Source: a virus
Taxonomy: Duplodnaviria > Caudoviricetes
Direction: 5' to 3' (one strand)
Length of the DNA: 64,000 bases
IMG/VR virus record: IMGVR_UViG_3300032050_014001
Location: 13,119 to 77,118 of that record
Below, in pieces: positions 28,855 to 39,175 of the stretch. Within the stretch, counting starts at the first letter, position 1, and the number at the start of each line of letters is the position of its first letter. Position numbers and translations under genes: made by a program. The notes below the pieces were generated by a model. The model was not told the origin of the DNA. It did not search any database and saw only the letters and a list, made by a program, of their open reading frames with translations.

Positions 28855-30669
28855 TTAATTATCCAAAAAAGGATTATAATCAATCTTTGATGTTACACCA
28901 TTTTTCTTTTCTAGAAAGATTACGTCACCTGTAGCATGTTGAATACTTTCTTTTCTATGTGAAATAACCATTACACATTCATTATGTGCATGTACACGAT
29001 CTTTTAAAATGTTTGTGACTAATTCTACGCCCTTTTCATCTAACGATGAATCAAACAATTCATCATAGATAGAAATATTATAAACAACATCTCCCTGCAA
29101 TCTACGCATATCCATGAATGTAAATAAGCATGCAAAATCCATATTCTTTCTTTCAGCGCCTGAAAAATTAAAATATGAACAAATCTTATTTTTTTCATTA
29201 ATGATTTCTTCTTCGAAATATTCATTAAAGAAGCAAGAACAATTAGCATCCATCTTACGCAAATAAGACATCAAAATAGAATTGAACAATGCAAGAATTT
29301 TATTGACAATATAAGATTTGACACCTTCTTCAGAGACGATATACTTAATTGTTTCGAGCAAGTTGAGATGTGTTTTATGTTTATTAACAATTTCTTTAGC
29401 AGTTTCTACTCTGCTGATCATATCAATTAAAATATCATCAACATCTGTTGTATTTGATTTCAAAGATTCAATATCATCATCTAGTTGAACTAACCATTCA
29501 TCTAACTGTTTAATCCGATCATTAATATTGATTTTCTTTTGTTCTAGTAACTTAATTTCGTTAACCTTTAAATTGAGTTTATCAATTGCTGTTCTGATAG
29601 TTGGTTTTTTCTTCTTAAGAGTAGCTAAGTTATCTGCACATGTTAATAATTTTTCATTTAATGAATTAATTTCATTTTGAATATTATTTTTTTCTTTCTC
29701 TAACTCTTCTTTATCGTGCTCTGTTACTGGTTTAAGGCAAACGGGGCATGTGTTTTTATTTGTGCCAATAATTTTAAATTTTTGATTTAATTGATCCAGT
29801 GTTGTTGTAATCTTTGATTTAGCTTCTGTAAATTTTTCAATCTTTTGATCACATTGAATTAAACCTTCTTCTAACTTCTTAACTTGTTCATTAATCGAAT
29901 TTTCATCAATATCAATATGCTCTTCTAATTGTTCAATCAATTTAATTTTCTCGGATGAATTATTTTCTTTACGAGCAAGATAAGTTGAAATTTTTTGTTT
30001 TCTCGTGTCGAGAATAGTTTGTTTTTGATTTTCTAAATTCTCTCTAGTCTTTTGTGCTTCTTCGAATTTTGTCAATTCAATTTCATATATCCGTTTATGA
30101 TCACTAAATTCTTCTCTAAGAAGAGAAAGCATCTGAGAAAATACTTCTAAATTAAAAATACCTTCAATAAATTTTCTCTTTTCAACTTTTGATTTAGCCA
30201 TGAACGGCACTGTATTATTCAAAGTCATAATAACACAATTTTCAAAAATAGAAGGAGATGCATTTAATACATTGAAAATCTCCTCTTCGGTATTCTTAAT
30301 AGAATCACGTGTAACGTCTTTACCATCACAAAATAAAGAAAGTTTAGATGGATTCAAAGTTCTCACAATTTTATAAGTATGTGATGCATTATTTTGAATG
30401 ACATCAAAAGTTAATTTGACTTCACATGTACCATTAGTATATGTATTCGGAATTAAATCTTTCTTTAATTCTCTCATGGTGCTCCCAAAAATAGCAAAGT
30501 AAACAGATTCAATAACAGAGGTTTTGCCGATCCCATTTCTACGATCAATCTTATCACGATTAATACCCGTAATAATATGTAATCCTGGTTTGAATTCGAG
30601 TTTTACTGGATTAGTTCCAATAGAAAGAAAATTTTTAATTTCTACCTCTTTAAAATTTACTTTTTTCAT
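28855..30669 (-). CDS. Recombination endonuclease ATPase subunit (gp46/SbcC/Rad50)
   Basis: KNFLSIG, NGIGKT, coiled coil with CPVC hook, FSGAE, YDELFDSSLD, ISH. Confidence 0.95.
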   Translation of the reverse strand: MKKVNFKEVEIKNFLSIGTNPVKLEFKPGLHIITGINRDKIDRRNGIGKTSVIESVYFAIFGSTMRELKKDLIPNTYTNGTCEVKLTFDVIQNNASHTYKIVRTLNPSKLSLFCDGKDVTRDSIKNTEEEIFNVLNASPSIFENCVIMTLNNTVPFMAKSKVEKRKFIEGIFNLEVFSQMLSLLREEFSDHKRIYEIELTKFEEAQKTRENLENQKQTILDTRKQKISTYLARKENNSSEKIKLIEQLEEHIDIDENSINEQVKKLEEGLIQCDQKIEKFTEAKSKITTTLDQLNQKFKIIGTNKNTCPVCLKPVTEHDKEELEKEKNNIQNEINSLNEKLLTCADNLATLKKKKPTIRTAIDKLNLKVNEIKLLEQKKININDRIKQLDEWLVQLDDDIESLKSNTTDVDDILIDMISRVETAKEIVNKHKTHLNLLETIKYIVSEEGVKSYIVNKILALFNSILMSYLRKMDANCSCFFNEYFEEEIINEKNKICSYFNFSGAERKNMDFACLFTFMDMRRLQGDVVYNISIYDELFDSSLDEKGVELVTNILKDRVHAHNECVMVISHRKESIQHATGDVIFLEKKNGVTSKIDYNPFLDN

Positions 30670-31727
30670 TTTTGAATCTTTTTATACAAATCTAATGTGT
30701 AATTAATAATTTCGCTTTTGTTATTGATATCCATCAATTCAATAAATTCTATAATGGCTTGTTGGACATCAATGCCGGATAAATCTTTTTTATCTTCAGC
30801 TATATCATAAGGAGAATACGATGAATCATATTCTACAGTAAATTGTAGAGGATTCAATTGTTTTAGTTTTGTCAAAAGAATATCCGTATCATCTGCTGTA
30901 ATACGTTTATCAATTTTTAATTTGATTAAATTATCTTTAAAAAGTTCTTTTACTTCTTCTGTAATTGTTTGTTTTCTTACAAGATCTGAAAGGAGTATAT
31001 TATGATGTAATGGAGATACTGTATTTTCTATAAAGCGATAAGACTTGTCACAAACATCTAAAATATAAAATCCTTTAACAGTTGCAGCATCATTAAAGTC
31101 CATTTGAAATGGATTACCCACATAAAGAATAGTGCCGTTATTAAATTTCTTTTCATCTCTCAAATGAAAATGTCCTGTAATAATAAGGTCACTCTTTTCT
31201 AAGACATCAGAAGCATTATCACCATGATCACAAATGTAATAATTATTTGTTTTGAAATTATTAATTTCAAAATGTCCGAAAGTAATATGTGCATTTTGAA
31301 AATCTTTTAATTTAGTACCCCACGGGATAAAGTTAAATGAATGTCCGTGTGATTCTACTGTTCTGGGTGTATCAATCAAAGTAACATTTCTCCATCCTCT
31401 GAATGGAGATAATGAATTAATTTCGGAAGAGTCTTTTAAGTAACAATCATGGTTACCAGTAATTAAGGTAACATTAAAATCTTTGAATTGTTCTAAGACC
31501 CAAGAACCGAAATGCAAAGAATCAACGGAGACTTCATCCCGTGTATGGAAGAAGTCTCCGCAAAATACTACGTCTTCAATTTCTTCTTTCTTAAGATTGC
31601 TAATATACCATTCAACCCAATCTTTTGCTATATTATGCCAAAATCGGGAGTTTTGGTGTACTCCGATGTGAAGATCGGAGAAGATAGCAATCTTTTGTTT
31701 TTTAAAGAAGTTATTCACTATCGTCAT
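30666..31727 (-). CDS. Recombination endonuclease nuclease subunit (gp47/SbcD/Mre11)
   Basis: SDLHIG, GDFF, GNHD, GHFE, GHFH, YVGNP; start 31727 or GTG 31718. Confidence 0.93.
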   Translation of the reverse strand: MTIVNNFFKKQKIAIFSDLHIGVHQNSRFWHNIAKDWVEWYISNLKKEEIEDVVFCGDFFHTRDEVSVDSLHFGSWVLEQFKDFNVTLITGNHDCYLKDSSEINSLSPFRGWRNVTLIDTPRTVESHGHSFNFIPWGTKLKDFQNAHITFGHFEINNFKTNNYYICDHGDNASDVLEKSDLIITGHFHLRDEKKFNNGTILYVGNPFQMDFNDAATVKGFYILDVCDKSYRFIENTVSPLHHNILLSDLVRKQTITEEVKELFKDNLIKLKIDKRITADDTDILLTKLKQLNPLQFTVEYDSSYSPYDIAEDKKDLSGIDVQQAIIEFIELMDINNKSEIINYTLDLYKKIQK

Positions 31728-32211
31728 TATACCCGCAATCCCCATCCCCGTCAATCACGGGTTTTACATAAACATTTATTTCACCACTAGTAAGAAGTTC
31801 TTCATATTTCTGATCACGATAAGCAGTAATTGCATCATGATGTTTCTTTTCTTTCTTAATGCGATTAATAAATGCATGGAAAGCAATGGTAGTAAAATAA
31901 GAGAATGGAGATGTCTCTGAATTAATATCATACTTCTTTCTCTTTAAAGCTGAAAACATTTTTACAATTGCATCACCAATCATTTCTTCTTTATATGAAT
32001 AATTGATGAAAGAAGGGGAAAATGAAAGTCCTTGTGCGATTTTATTCAGAGCTTCACACAAGAAAACAGAACAATCATCTGATTTATAATAATCAGTAAT
32101 TGCTGTTTTTAATTCTTCACAATTGACATAATGTTTATCTTTGCCTACTTTAGGCACAGCTTTTACCTTAGCCTTAGTTTCTTTTTTATTTTGAGACGTT
32201 AACGTTGCCAT
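31711..32211 (-). CDS. Late transcription sigma factor (gp55)
   Basis: HYVN, IAQGLS..PSFINYSYKEEMIGDA, PFSYFTTIAFHAFINRIKKEKK. Confidence 0.93.
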   Translation of the reverse strand: MATLTSQNKKETKAKVKAVPKVGKDKHYVNCEELKTAITDYYKSDDCSVFLCEALNKIAQGLSFSPSFINYSYKEEMIGDAIVKMFSALKRKKYDINSETSPFSYFTTIAFHAFINRIKKEKKHHDAITAYRDQKYEELLTSGEINVYVKPVIDGDGDCGYNDDSE

Positions 32212-32253
32212 AACCTATTTTGACAATAATAAGTTATTCCAAATAATAATCTA

Positions 32254-33681
32254 CTATTTTTCAGCCAATTTATGGATGGAATATGGAATATTTTCTCCTT
32301 TATAAATAGTTTGTCTCTTTAATCCGTGTTGCATCCCATACTTTAATTGATCAGCTAAGTCTATGATGATTAATTTCTCTTTGTTCTCGTGCTTGCGTAA
32401 ACCACGACCAATACTTTGTACAATACGAATAAAACTTTTACCACCTGCAGCAAAAATAATTAAATGAATATTTTTGATGTTTACACCGGTGGAGAAAATA
32501 GAAGATATGGCAACACAAACCACATTATTTTCTGTTTCCATGATATGTTTAATTTTATCGCGATCTTCTACTTCGACTTCGCCACGTATAAAATATACCT
32601 TCTTGTTTGGCAAGGCTGACAATACAGATTCTAAAATCTCACCATGATCAATGTGGTTAACCATGATCAGCACATTGTTTTTAAAATTACCACAAATGGT
32701 TTTTATGGTATTATTTCGATAATGATTTGTCTTTATGAAATCATTCTCTGCGGCATATTCTTCTGTCGCAAATTGTTTATCTTCAATCTTTTCTGGTTTT
32801 GTTTTATAATCCAATTCAAATACTTTTACCTCTACATTAGTGAGATAATTTTCTAATCTTAATTCATGCGAATTCTTTGTAATTAAAACAGGACCTATTT
32901 TACCTATAATATTCCATGAATCTATTTTTGATTCAGGTAATGTACCTGTAAATCCAAATTTACAATTTGTTTCTATCTTTTGTAAGATTTTGGTTAGCTT
33001 AGTATCTTTACCAGCTTTATGAACTTCATCCACAATAACCATGTCGACATACTGGATCCAATCACTGTCTTCAAAACGACTTTGAATAATACCGGTATTA
33101 GCAATAATAATATCTGCACTTGAGTCTAGTTCGATAGATCCAGTCCATTTTGTCATAGAAAAAGTTACGCCATATTCTTTAAAGTCTGAATAGGTTTGAT
33201 TCACTAATCCCAAATCAGGTACAATAATTAAACATTTAAAAGTAGGGTGCCAACAAGATTGAACCAAGGTAGCCATAGTTAGTGTCTTACCTGCGCCGGT
33301 ACCCAAAACAGCAACGCCTCTTCCTCTTTCTAAACATAATTTTACTGTATCTTCTTGATAGTCTCTCAAAGGAAACTTTTCGAAATAATTATTTTTAAAT
33401 TGATATACTAAATTAGGAGATAAAGCATCTTTAGCTGCTTTTGTTAAATGTATTTCTGTAGAATAATTGTTTTTAAATAAAAATTGTTTTATTTCATTAA
33501 TCAGGCCTATATCAAATAATCCGGTTGGTGTTATAGAATATAATCGTTTTGGTATGAAACGACTATACCTCATGAATTTTGCAGCAGGATTTTCTATAGA
33601 AAAATGTTCCCTGATTAAATCAAAATGATCTCCAGATAAGATCCCCTTCTTCTTCTTAACATTGTAATCAATCTCTATCAT
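32254..33681 (-). CDS. uvsW: SF2 helicase UvsW
   Basis: LRDYQ, TGAGKT, DEVH, GFTGT, FSTGVNIKN, QSIGRGLR. Confidence 0.92.
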   Translation of the reverse strand: MIEIDYNVKKKKGILSGDHFDLIREHFSIENPAAKFMRYSRFIPKRLYSITPTGLFDIGLINEIKQFLFKNNYSTEIHLTKAAKDALSPNLVYQFKNNYFEKFPLRDYQEDTVKLCLERGRGVAVLGTGAGKTLTMATLVQSCWHPTFKCLIIVPDLGLVNQTYSDFKEYGVTFSMTKWTGSIELDSSADIIIANTGIIQSRFEDSDWIQYVDMVIVDEVHKAGKDTKLTKILQKIETNCKFGFTGTLPESKIDSWNIIGKIGPVLITKNSHELRLENYLTNVEVKVFELDYKTKPEKIEDKQFATEEYAAENDFIKTNHYRNNTIKTICGNFKNNVLIMVNHIDHGEILESVLSALPNKKVYFIRGEVEVEDRDKIKHIMETENNVVCVAISSIFSTGVNIKNIHLIIFAAGGKSFIRIVQSIGRGLRKHENKEKLIIIDLADQLKYGMQHGLKRQTIYKGENIPYSIHKLAEK

Positions 33682-34073
33682 TGCTGTTCTAGTTTTAGAA
33701 TTTCAATAACGTTCTTAATATCATAGGTCATAGAATTAAAATTCTTTTCAACCTTTTCTAGAAGTTCCACAACATACTCTAATTCTTTTATTTTCTTATT
33801 AAGAAGAGCCACTTCTTGAAAGTCATCAATTCTTTTCTCAGCTGTGATTTTAGAGATTGCAACCGGTGCATCTGATATTACTCTTTCTAGGAGACTTTTT
33901 TTAAGCTCTTCTTTTTGTTTTTGTAAGACATTGATTTCTACTTTATGTTTAATTAAACGGCCTACCCAAAAATGCTTTTTAGAAGGTAATCGAAGTTGAA
34001 CATCTCTTATGTTCATTTCATCCAGTACTAGATCTGCTTCGATTTCTTTTATATAACGATCTAATAACTCCAT
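33678..34073 (-). CDS. uvsY: Recombination mediator UvsY-like
   Basis: About 131-aa helical protein, DLVLDE...PSKKHFW...YDIKN, coupled to uvsW; start moved to MELL at 34073. Confidence 0.7.
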   Translation of the reverse strand: MELLDRYIKEIEADLVLDEMNIRDVQLRLPSKKHFWVGRLIKHKVEINVLQKQKEELKKSLLERVISDAPVAISKITAEKRIDDFQEVALLNKKIKELEYVVELLEKVEKNFNSMTYDIKNVIEILKLEQQ

Positions 34074-34099
34074 TGAATAATGATAAATAAAAATCATTA

Positions 34100-34309
34100 A
34101 TGTCAAGGTCCTTTGAAGAATTATATAAAAAATTAATGGAGATGATGTCTGCAGATGTTTTAGGACCTGGTTCTGAAACAAACATGGGTGGTGCTGTCGG
34201 TAATAAAGATTTTTATAATCCCGGAAGTACAGTACTAGCTAAGCCATTAGGAGCGCGTAAAAAGCGCAAAATGAGATTCCAGAGAAGAAACCTTAAAAGG
34301 ACCTTATAA
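34100..34309 (+). CDS. Small late protein with basic C-terminus
   Basis: TAAATA upstream; leader MSRSFEELY...LME; RKKRK tail. Confidence 0.5.
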   Translation: MSRSFEELYKKLMEMMSADVLGPGSETNMGGAVGNKDFYNPGSTVLAKPLGARKKRKMRFQRRNLKRTL

Positions 34310-34707
34310 TGGATATTGGACACTGGGAAAGCACTATTCCGTTTGTTTCTGCATATGGTTTTGTATATCTAATAACCAATACAGTCTCTAATAAGAAATA
34401 TATTGGTAAAAAACAAATGCAAACTGTTAAAAAATTAAAACCTTTAAAAGGTAAAAAGAACAAGAGACATTTTGTTATAGAAACAGATTGGAAAGAATAT
34501 ATGTCTTCTTCAAATGAATTATTAAGTGATATTGAAAAATTTGGAAAAGATAAATTTAAATTTCAAATCTTAAGATTCTGTGATAGTAAAAGTGAATTAG
34601 CTTACTATGAAGCAAAAGAACAATTTGACAGAGAAGTCCTCATGAGTGATGATTATTATAATGGTATAATTAATCTCAGAATTGGTAAGATTAAAAGAAA
34701 AGTTTAA
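34309..34707 (+). CDS. Short GIY-YIG nuclease-domain protein
   Basis: GFVYLITN...KKYIGKK, YYEAKEQ, YYN. Confidence 0.8.
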   Translation: MDIGHWESTIPFVSAYGFVYLITNTVSNKKYIGKKQMQTVKKLKPLKGKKNKRHFVIETDWKEYMSSSNELLSDIEKFGKDKFKFQILRFCDSKSELAYYEAKEQFDREVLMSDDYYNGIINLRIGKIKRKV

Positions 34708-34756
34708 AATACCGGGTTGATAATTAGACCCTCTAGATAACTATAATAGAGGTTCG

Positions 34757-35260
34757 ATGATAGAGAGTGTAACATATAGTGAATATAATATTAAAATATA
34801 TAACTTAATTAATATTATTAATATTGCTGAACTCGATATATTTAAATATTTCCATAATAACAATATTATTATTAATTTTAAATCTCGTGACTGTAAACGA
34901 TTAATTACACATTTTATTATTAATAATATTTTACAATATATTAAAAATCCGGGTGCTGAGAAAATTATATTAAATTATAATAATCTACAATTACAGATAT
35001 TAGATAGTTGCCATTTAAATGATATAGATATTATAATTAATAAGGTATTACGAAAATTCAAAATTTGTTATATTAATTATAATAATATAAACAATTTACA
35101 AACTATTGATCTTTTAGATATTAAAAGAAACTTACAACGTTGTGACATTACAACTAATAAAATTTATACAATAAAAAAGTTTCTCAAAGAAGGTGGATTT
35201 TATCAACTTACAAAATCTATCGATATTGATCAACATTTGAGAATGTCATTAGCTAAATAA
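34757..35260 (+). CDS. Very AT-rich hypothetical protein
   Basis: 167-aa I/N/K-rich ORF. Confidence 0.45.
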   Translation: MIESVTYSEYNIKIYNLINIINIAELDIFKYFHNNNIIINFKSRDCKRLITHFIINNILQYIKNPGAEKIILNYNNLQLQILDSCHLNDIDIIINKVLRKFKICYINYNNINNLQTIDLLDIKRNLQRCDITTNKIYTIKKFLKEGGFYQLTKSIDIDQHLRMSLAK

Positions 35261-35265
35261 ACTTT

Positions 35266-35667
35266 ATGAAGTTTACCCAGCTAGTAAATGAAAAATTAAG
35301 GCTCTATGGTGAGGCTGAATTACCAGTACAATCTAATCAACCTCCTATGCAACCAGATGCAGCAATGCCCCCACCGATGGAATCTGAGCCGGCTACCCCT
35401 AATGAAATTGATGATCTAAAAAAAGATGTCGATTCAAAAGTTTCATTAATTATAAAAGGTTCTCTAGACATGATTAGAGATGTTATGAGCGTAGTTAAAC
35501 AAACATTTGCTAGTGAATTAAATTCAACTAAAGGTGATGTACTGGATGATAAATTGCAAAATATCATCGATGCTGCTAGTATCACTGATACAGAATCAGC
35601 TACACCTGATAAGCTAGATGAAATTCAACGTAAAGTAAGGGAATTACTACCAGGAGGTGAAGTATAA
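35266..35667 (+). CDS. Hypothetical late protein
   Basis: TAAATA-N6-ATG; leader MKFTQLVNE. Confidence 0.55.
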   Translation: MKFTQLVNEKLRLYGEAELPVQSNQPPMQPDAAMPPPMESEPATPNEIDDLKKDVDSKVSLIIKGSLDMIRDVMSVVKQTFASELNSTKGDVLDDKLQNIIDAASITDTESATPDKLDEIQRKVRELLPGGEV

Positions 35668-35668
35668 T

Positions 35669-36166
35669 ATGCCTTATAAAATAAAAAAACAAGGTTCAGG
35701 TTACTTTGTTGTTAATGCCAAAACAGGTAAAAAGAAAAACATTAAAGCACATAAAACAAAAACAGAAGCACAAAAACATTTAACTGCACTTAATATTAAT
35801 GTCAGAGAATCATTTGATTCATTGTGTAATGATTTATTAAAAGCTTACTTGTTCGAAACTGTTACATCTTCATTATCTGGCGGTTCTTTGGATTTAGATA
35901 ATAATGATGATCATAAAGCTGCAGCTGCAGAAATGCTTAAACAAGATCCTGAATTACAAAATGAATTAGGTAAATTTAATCAATTGAAAAAAGTTGTTGA
36001 TACTAATACATGGAAAACCATACCGCAAAATCAACAAAAAAAGATTATTGAAGTAGCAAAAAGAAAATTACAACAAGGACAAAAAAATAATGCCGCAAGT
36101 AATATTACTCCGGCATTACCTCCTACAAATATAACTGCTACTGGTGGTACTAGTAACGCTGCTTAA
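35669..36166 (+). CDS. Hypothetical protein
   Basis: MPYKIKK...VVNAKTGKK basic N-terminus followed by internal ESFDSL...LFE leader-like segment. Confidence 0.55.
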   Translation: MPYKIKKQGSGYFVVNAKTGKKKNIKAHKTKTEAQKHLTALNINVRESFDSLCNDLLKAYLFETVTSSLSGGSLDLDNNDDHKAAAAEMLKQDPELQNELGKFNQLKKVVDTNTWKTIPQNQQKKIIEVAKRKLQQGQKNNAASNITPALPPTNITATGGTSNAA

Positions 36167-36816
36167 CGAGACTGAGAGAATTCTACAAACTTATAGAATT
36201 CAGCTCGAGCATTATTACCATTATCCATATAAGCTCCTGACATCTTAGCTGTTCTCATAGTAGAATCATGTTTGATACCTCTATTGGAACAACATGTATG
36301 TTTGCATTCAATAAGAACAGCAACACCTTTATTACCTTCACAGATACTATTGACATAGTCATGAATTTGTGAAGTTAGTCCTTCTTGAATTTGCGGCCTC
36401 CTAGAAAACCAATCAACAATACGATTCAATTTAGATAATCCAATAACTTTACCTTCTGGTGATGGAATATAAGCTACATGAGCTACACCAGTAAAGGCTG
36501 CGTGGTGATGTGAACAAAGAGATGTTACTTTGATATTATTTTGACAAACCATTCCATCATAGCCATCTTCATTATCAAATGCTGTGATATTTGGAGGTTC
36601 ATTATAACATCCAGAAATAAGATCATTAACAAATGCTTTAGCTACACGTCTAGGTGTATCAGCACTATTAGTATCAGATTTCCAATCAAATTGCAATGCA
36701 TCTAAGAATTGGGCATATGCTGCAGCTGCTTTCTCAATAACAGCCTTTTTATCAGATTCATCTAATGGCAAATTACCATTAGCTCTTGTCAATAATTTAT
36801 TACCTAGTTTAGACAT
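36163..36816 (-). CDS. folE: GTP cyclohydrolase I
   Basis: DTPRRVAK, SLCSHH, IGLSKLNR, RRPQIQE, HTC...RG. Confidence 0.95.
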   Translation of the reverse strand: MSKLGNKLLTRANGNLPLDESDKKAVIEKAAAAYAQFLDALQFDWKSDTNSADTPRRVAKAFVNDLISGCYNEPPNITAFDNEDGYDGMVCQNNIKVTSLCSHHHAAFTGVAHVAYIPSPEGKVIGLSKLNRIVDWFSRRPQIQEGLTSQIHDYVNSICEGNKGVAVLIECKHTCCSNRGIKHDSTMRTAKMSGAYMDNGNNARAEFYKFVEFSQSR

Positions 36817-36822
36817 TAAACC

Positions 36823-36850
36823 ATTATAAAATGGTTTCGTTTGATATCAA
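36823..36850 (-). promoter_or_regulatory. Sigma70-like promoter for folE
   Basis: TTGATA-N16-TATAAT-N6-ATG, same boxes and spacing as queC. Confidence 0.65.
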
Positions 36851-37662
36851 TATTTTATAAGATAATTCACTGTAACAAATGGTTGCATGTTATTGTGAGC
36901 GACATTATTACCAGCTGTTCCGGTAAAACCTCCGGCCGGGCTAGTTTCACCCACATAAGCTGATACATCAGGTGAAAATGTTGTGTCGTTATTTTTAGAC
37001 TCTTCAATAGCTTTAGCTGCCTTATCTGCCGGTGCAAATGAAATTACAGCATTGCCTCTAGAGTAATTACCGTGCACTCTATACATATCGATATATCTAT
37101 AGTCTAGATGTGCAATATTGAAATATTGGTGAGTGTGACTATTTGGGTGTGAATGTGACGGTAATTCTGATTGTGTTAATGGATGATAAAATTCTCCTGA
37201 GGCACCTGGATTTTTTCCTAAGGAAATATTTTGCCCTGATTTCCAATTTCCAAATAAAGGATTAAGAGGTGACGTCCCATTACAATATCCCATAATTACC
37301 CTACCCCTTAAGTCTGGTAAAGAAAATGATTCTGCAGCTGTTGGTCCATATAAACTACCTATCACATCATATAACTTCTTGTATTTTGTTCTAGACACCA
37401 TATTACCATTACACAATAACCACCCCGGAATACTATCTACACTAGCTACTTTTCCTGTATATGCCTTTATGGATCCTATAGGCATCACTTCTTCAAGAGA
37501 TTCTTTTATTTCTCCTTTTATATAAGACATTAAATCATTGAGTGGTGTATATCTCGTTTCTAATTTTTTATCTACAGGATTTTTTTGATTTACGACAAAA
37601 GCTTCATCACCTAAAAGGGTATATGCTGTTTTTAAATTCGATATAGGTAATTGATCATCCAT
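36847..37662 (-). CDS. Tail-collar domain short fibre, paralogue 1
   Basis: PIGSIKAY, GWLLCNG, FSLPDLRGR, ELPSHSH, HNNMQP...NYLIKY. Confidence 0.85.
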   Translation of the reverse strand: MDDQLPISNLKTAYTLLGDEAFVVNQKNPVDKKLETRYTPLNDLMSYIKGEIKESLEEVMPIGSIKAYTGKVASVDSIPGWLLCNGNMVSRTKYKKLYDVIGSLYGPTAAESFSLPDLRGRVIMGYCNGTSPLNPLFGNWKSGQNISLGKNPGASGEFYHPLTQSELPSHSHPNSHTHQYFNIAHLDYRYIDMYRVHGNYSRGNAVISFAPADKAAKAIEESKNNDTTFSPDVSAYVGETSPAGGFTGTAGNNVAHNNMQPFVTVNYLIKY

Positions 37663-37663
37663 T

Positions 37664-38728
37664 TTAATATTTAATTAAAAAATTCATTGCAACATTGGGT
37701 TGTATATTAGAATGAAACTGATCTCCTCCCCGTGACCCATAACCGGCACCGGATTTTACATTATTATCATACTGCGGATCTATTATAGGAAAGGGCATTT
37801 TGTTTCTGTTTTTTATTTCATCTATAAATTCTTTTTTATATGTAAAAATAGTTCTTATGGGATTATTACTGATATATTTCTTAACCGCTCTTATTCTTTC
37901 AGGATAATATGATTTATAATTTAATCGATTAAATAAAATTTTTTCATAATTTTTACTAGCTATTAGACCCACCTGTGCACCGCCAACACCAAAATAAACA
38001 TGATCAATATTACCAGGAGTTGGTGACAACCCCTGTAAATTTATCCAATTTATGGAATCTGATTCTATATTTTGATTTTGCTTTGTATCAAAAAACCCAT
38101 AAACAGGCCCCCATCTTATAACCCATCTACCTTTTCCGCGATTATAATCAGCCATATTTGCATAATTAAAAATTTTATGCGTATGCACTGGTACAGAATG
38201 GATATGGTTTTGAATATTTTCATTCTTTAACTGATGAAAGAATTCACCCCTATCAGGATAATTTGCATTATTACCTTCTCCTAGATGTAATTCTTCTCCC
38301 GCAGGCCAATTACCAAAATCGGGTTCATATGATTCACCAGTATGTGAATATCCCATTTCTATACGACCCTTTAAATCAGGTAAGGAAAATAATACATTAT
38401 CAGCTGGGCCATATGTTTCACCTAATTTATTCCATAGCTCCGGGTAATCATCCTTTCTTACTTGCCTGCCATTACATAATAACCACCCCTTTATGGATTC
38501 CTGGCCTAATACCTTTCCCGCAAATGGGATTATTGTGCCTACTTCAATAAATCCAGATAGTAGTTTTTTAGCTTCTTCTTTTGCAAATTGTGTTATAACA
38601 GATAATGGTAATGACTTTGTTTCAAATGTATTATTTTCATTTCTTTGATTAATCAATATAGAAATAGGATTAGCTGATAGACTATAAGATTTATCTAATT
38701 CAGAAATTTTAACAGGAAAATCAGCCAT
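37664..38728 (-). CDS. Tail-collar domain short fibre, paralogue 2
   Basis: VGTIIPFAG, GWLLCNG, FSLPDLKGR, HSNIQP...NFLIKY. Confidence 0.85.
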   Translation of the reverse strand: MADFPVKISELDKSYSLSANPISILINQRNENNTFETKSLPLSVITQFAKEEAKKLLSGFIEVGTIIPFAGKVLGQESIKGWLLCNGRQVRKDDYPELWNKLGETYGPADNVLFSLPDLKGRIEMGYSHTGESYEPDFGNWPAGEELHLGEGNNANYPDRGEFFHQLKNENIQNHIHSVPVHTHKIFNYANMADYNRGKGRWVIRWGPVYGFFDTKQNQNIESDSINWINLQGLSPTPGNIDHVYFGVGGAQVGLIASKNYEKILFNRLNYKSYYPERIRAVKKYISNNPIRTIFTYKKEFIDEIKNRNKMPFPIIDPQYDNNVKSGAGYGSRGGDQFHSNIQPNVAMNFLIKY

Positions 38729-38734
38729 TACACA

Positions 38735-38756
38735 TATTTAATAAAAATCATAAATA
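38735..38756. promoter_or_regulatory. Back-to-back divergent late promoters
   Basis: TAAATA (-) 6 nt before 38728 and TAAATA (+) 5 nt before 38762. Confidence 0.6.
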
Positions 38757-38761
38757 TAAAC

Positions 38762-39175
38762 ATGAAGCGTTTTAATAAGGTTATTGAGAATAGTCTTAAA
38801 GATAGTCAATTGGTGAGAGTAAAACTTAAAGTTGATCCTGCTAACTGTACTTCAGGTGAAATATTAAAATATAATGGATATGAAGGCTATATATTAGCAG
38901 AAAAAGAAACCTTTTATACAGTGTATGTGGAAAATATTGGATTAGCTGTTGACCTACCTAAAACTATTGTATCAATACAAGATACTTTAAATCCAGTAGA
39001 GAAGTTAAAAATTAATGCATTACAATTTTTAATTAATAAAGGATTAGCAGATGAAATTCTATTAAAATCTATTTACATGGCTCATACACCAGAATGTGTT
39101 GAAGCATTTTTGAGAGAAAAAGGAATGTCTGATTTTGATATTTTAGCAGTATATAAAAATGCTTTATTTTGTTAA
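38762..39175 (+). CDS. Hypothetical late protein
   Basis: Leader MKRFNKVIE; VRVKLKVDP...YEGYILAE. Confidence 0.6.
   Translation: MKRFNKVIENSLKDSQLVRVKLKVDPANCTSGEILKYNGYEGYILAEKETFYTVYVENIGLAVDLPKTIVSIQDTLNPVEKLKINALQFLINKGLADEILLKSIYMAHTPECVEAFLREKGMSDFDILAVYKNALFC

Noticed and set aside
34309-34707. GIY-YIG gene as a mobile homing endonuclease or intron
   Set aside because: Only 132 aa with no DNA-binding tail, interrupts no gene, translationally coupled to its neighbour.
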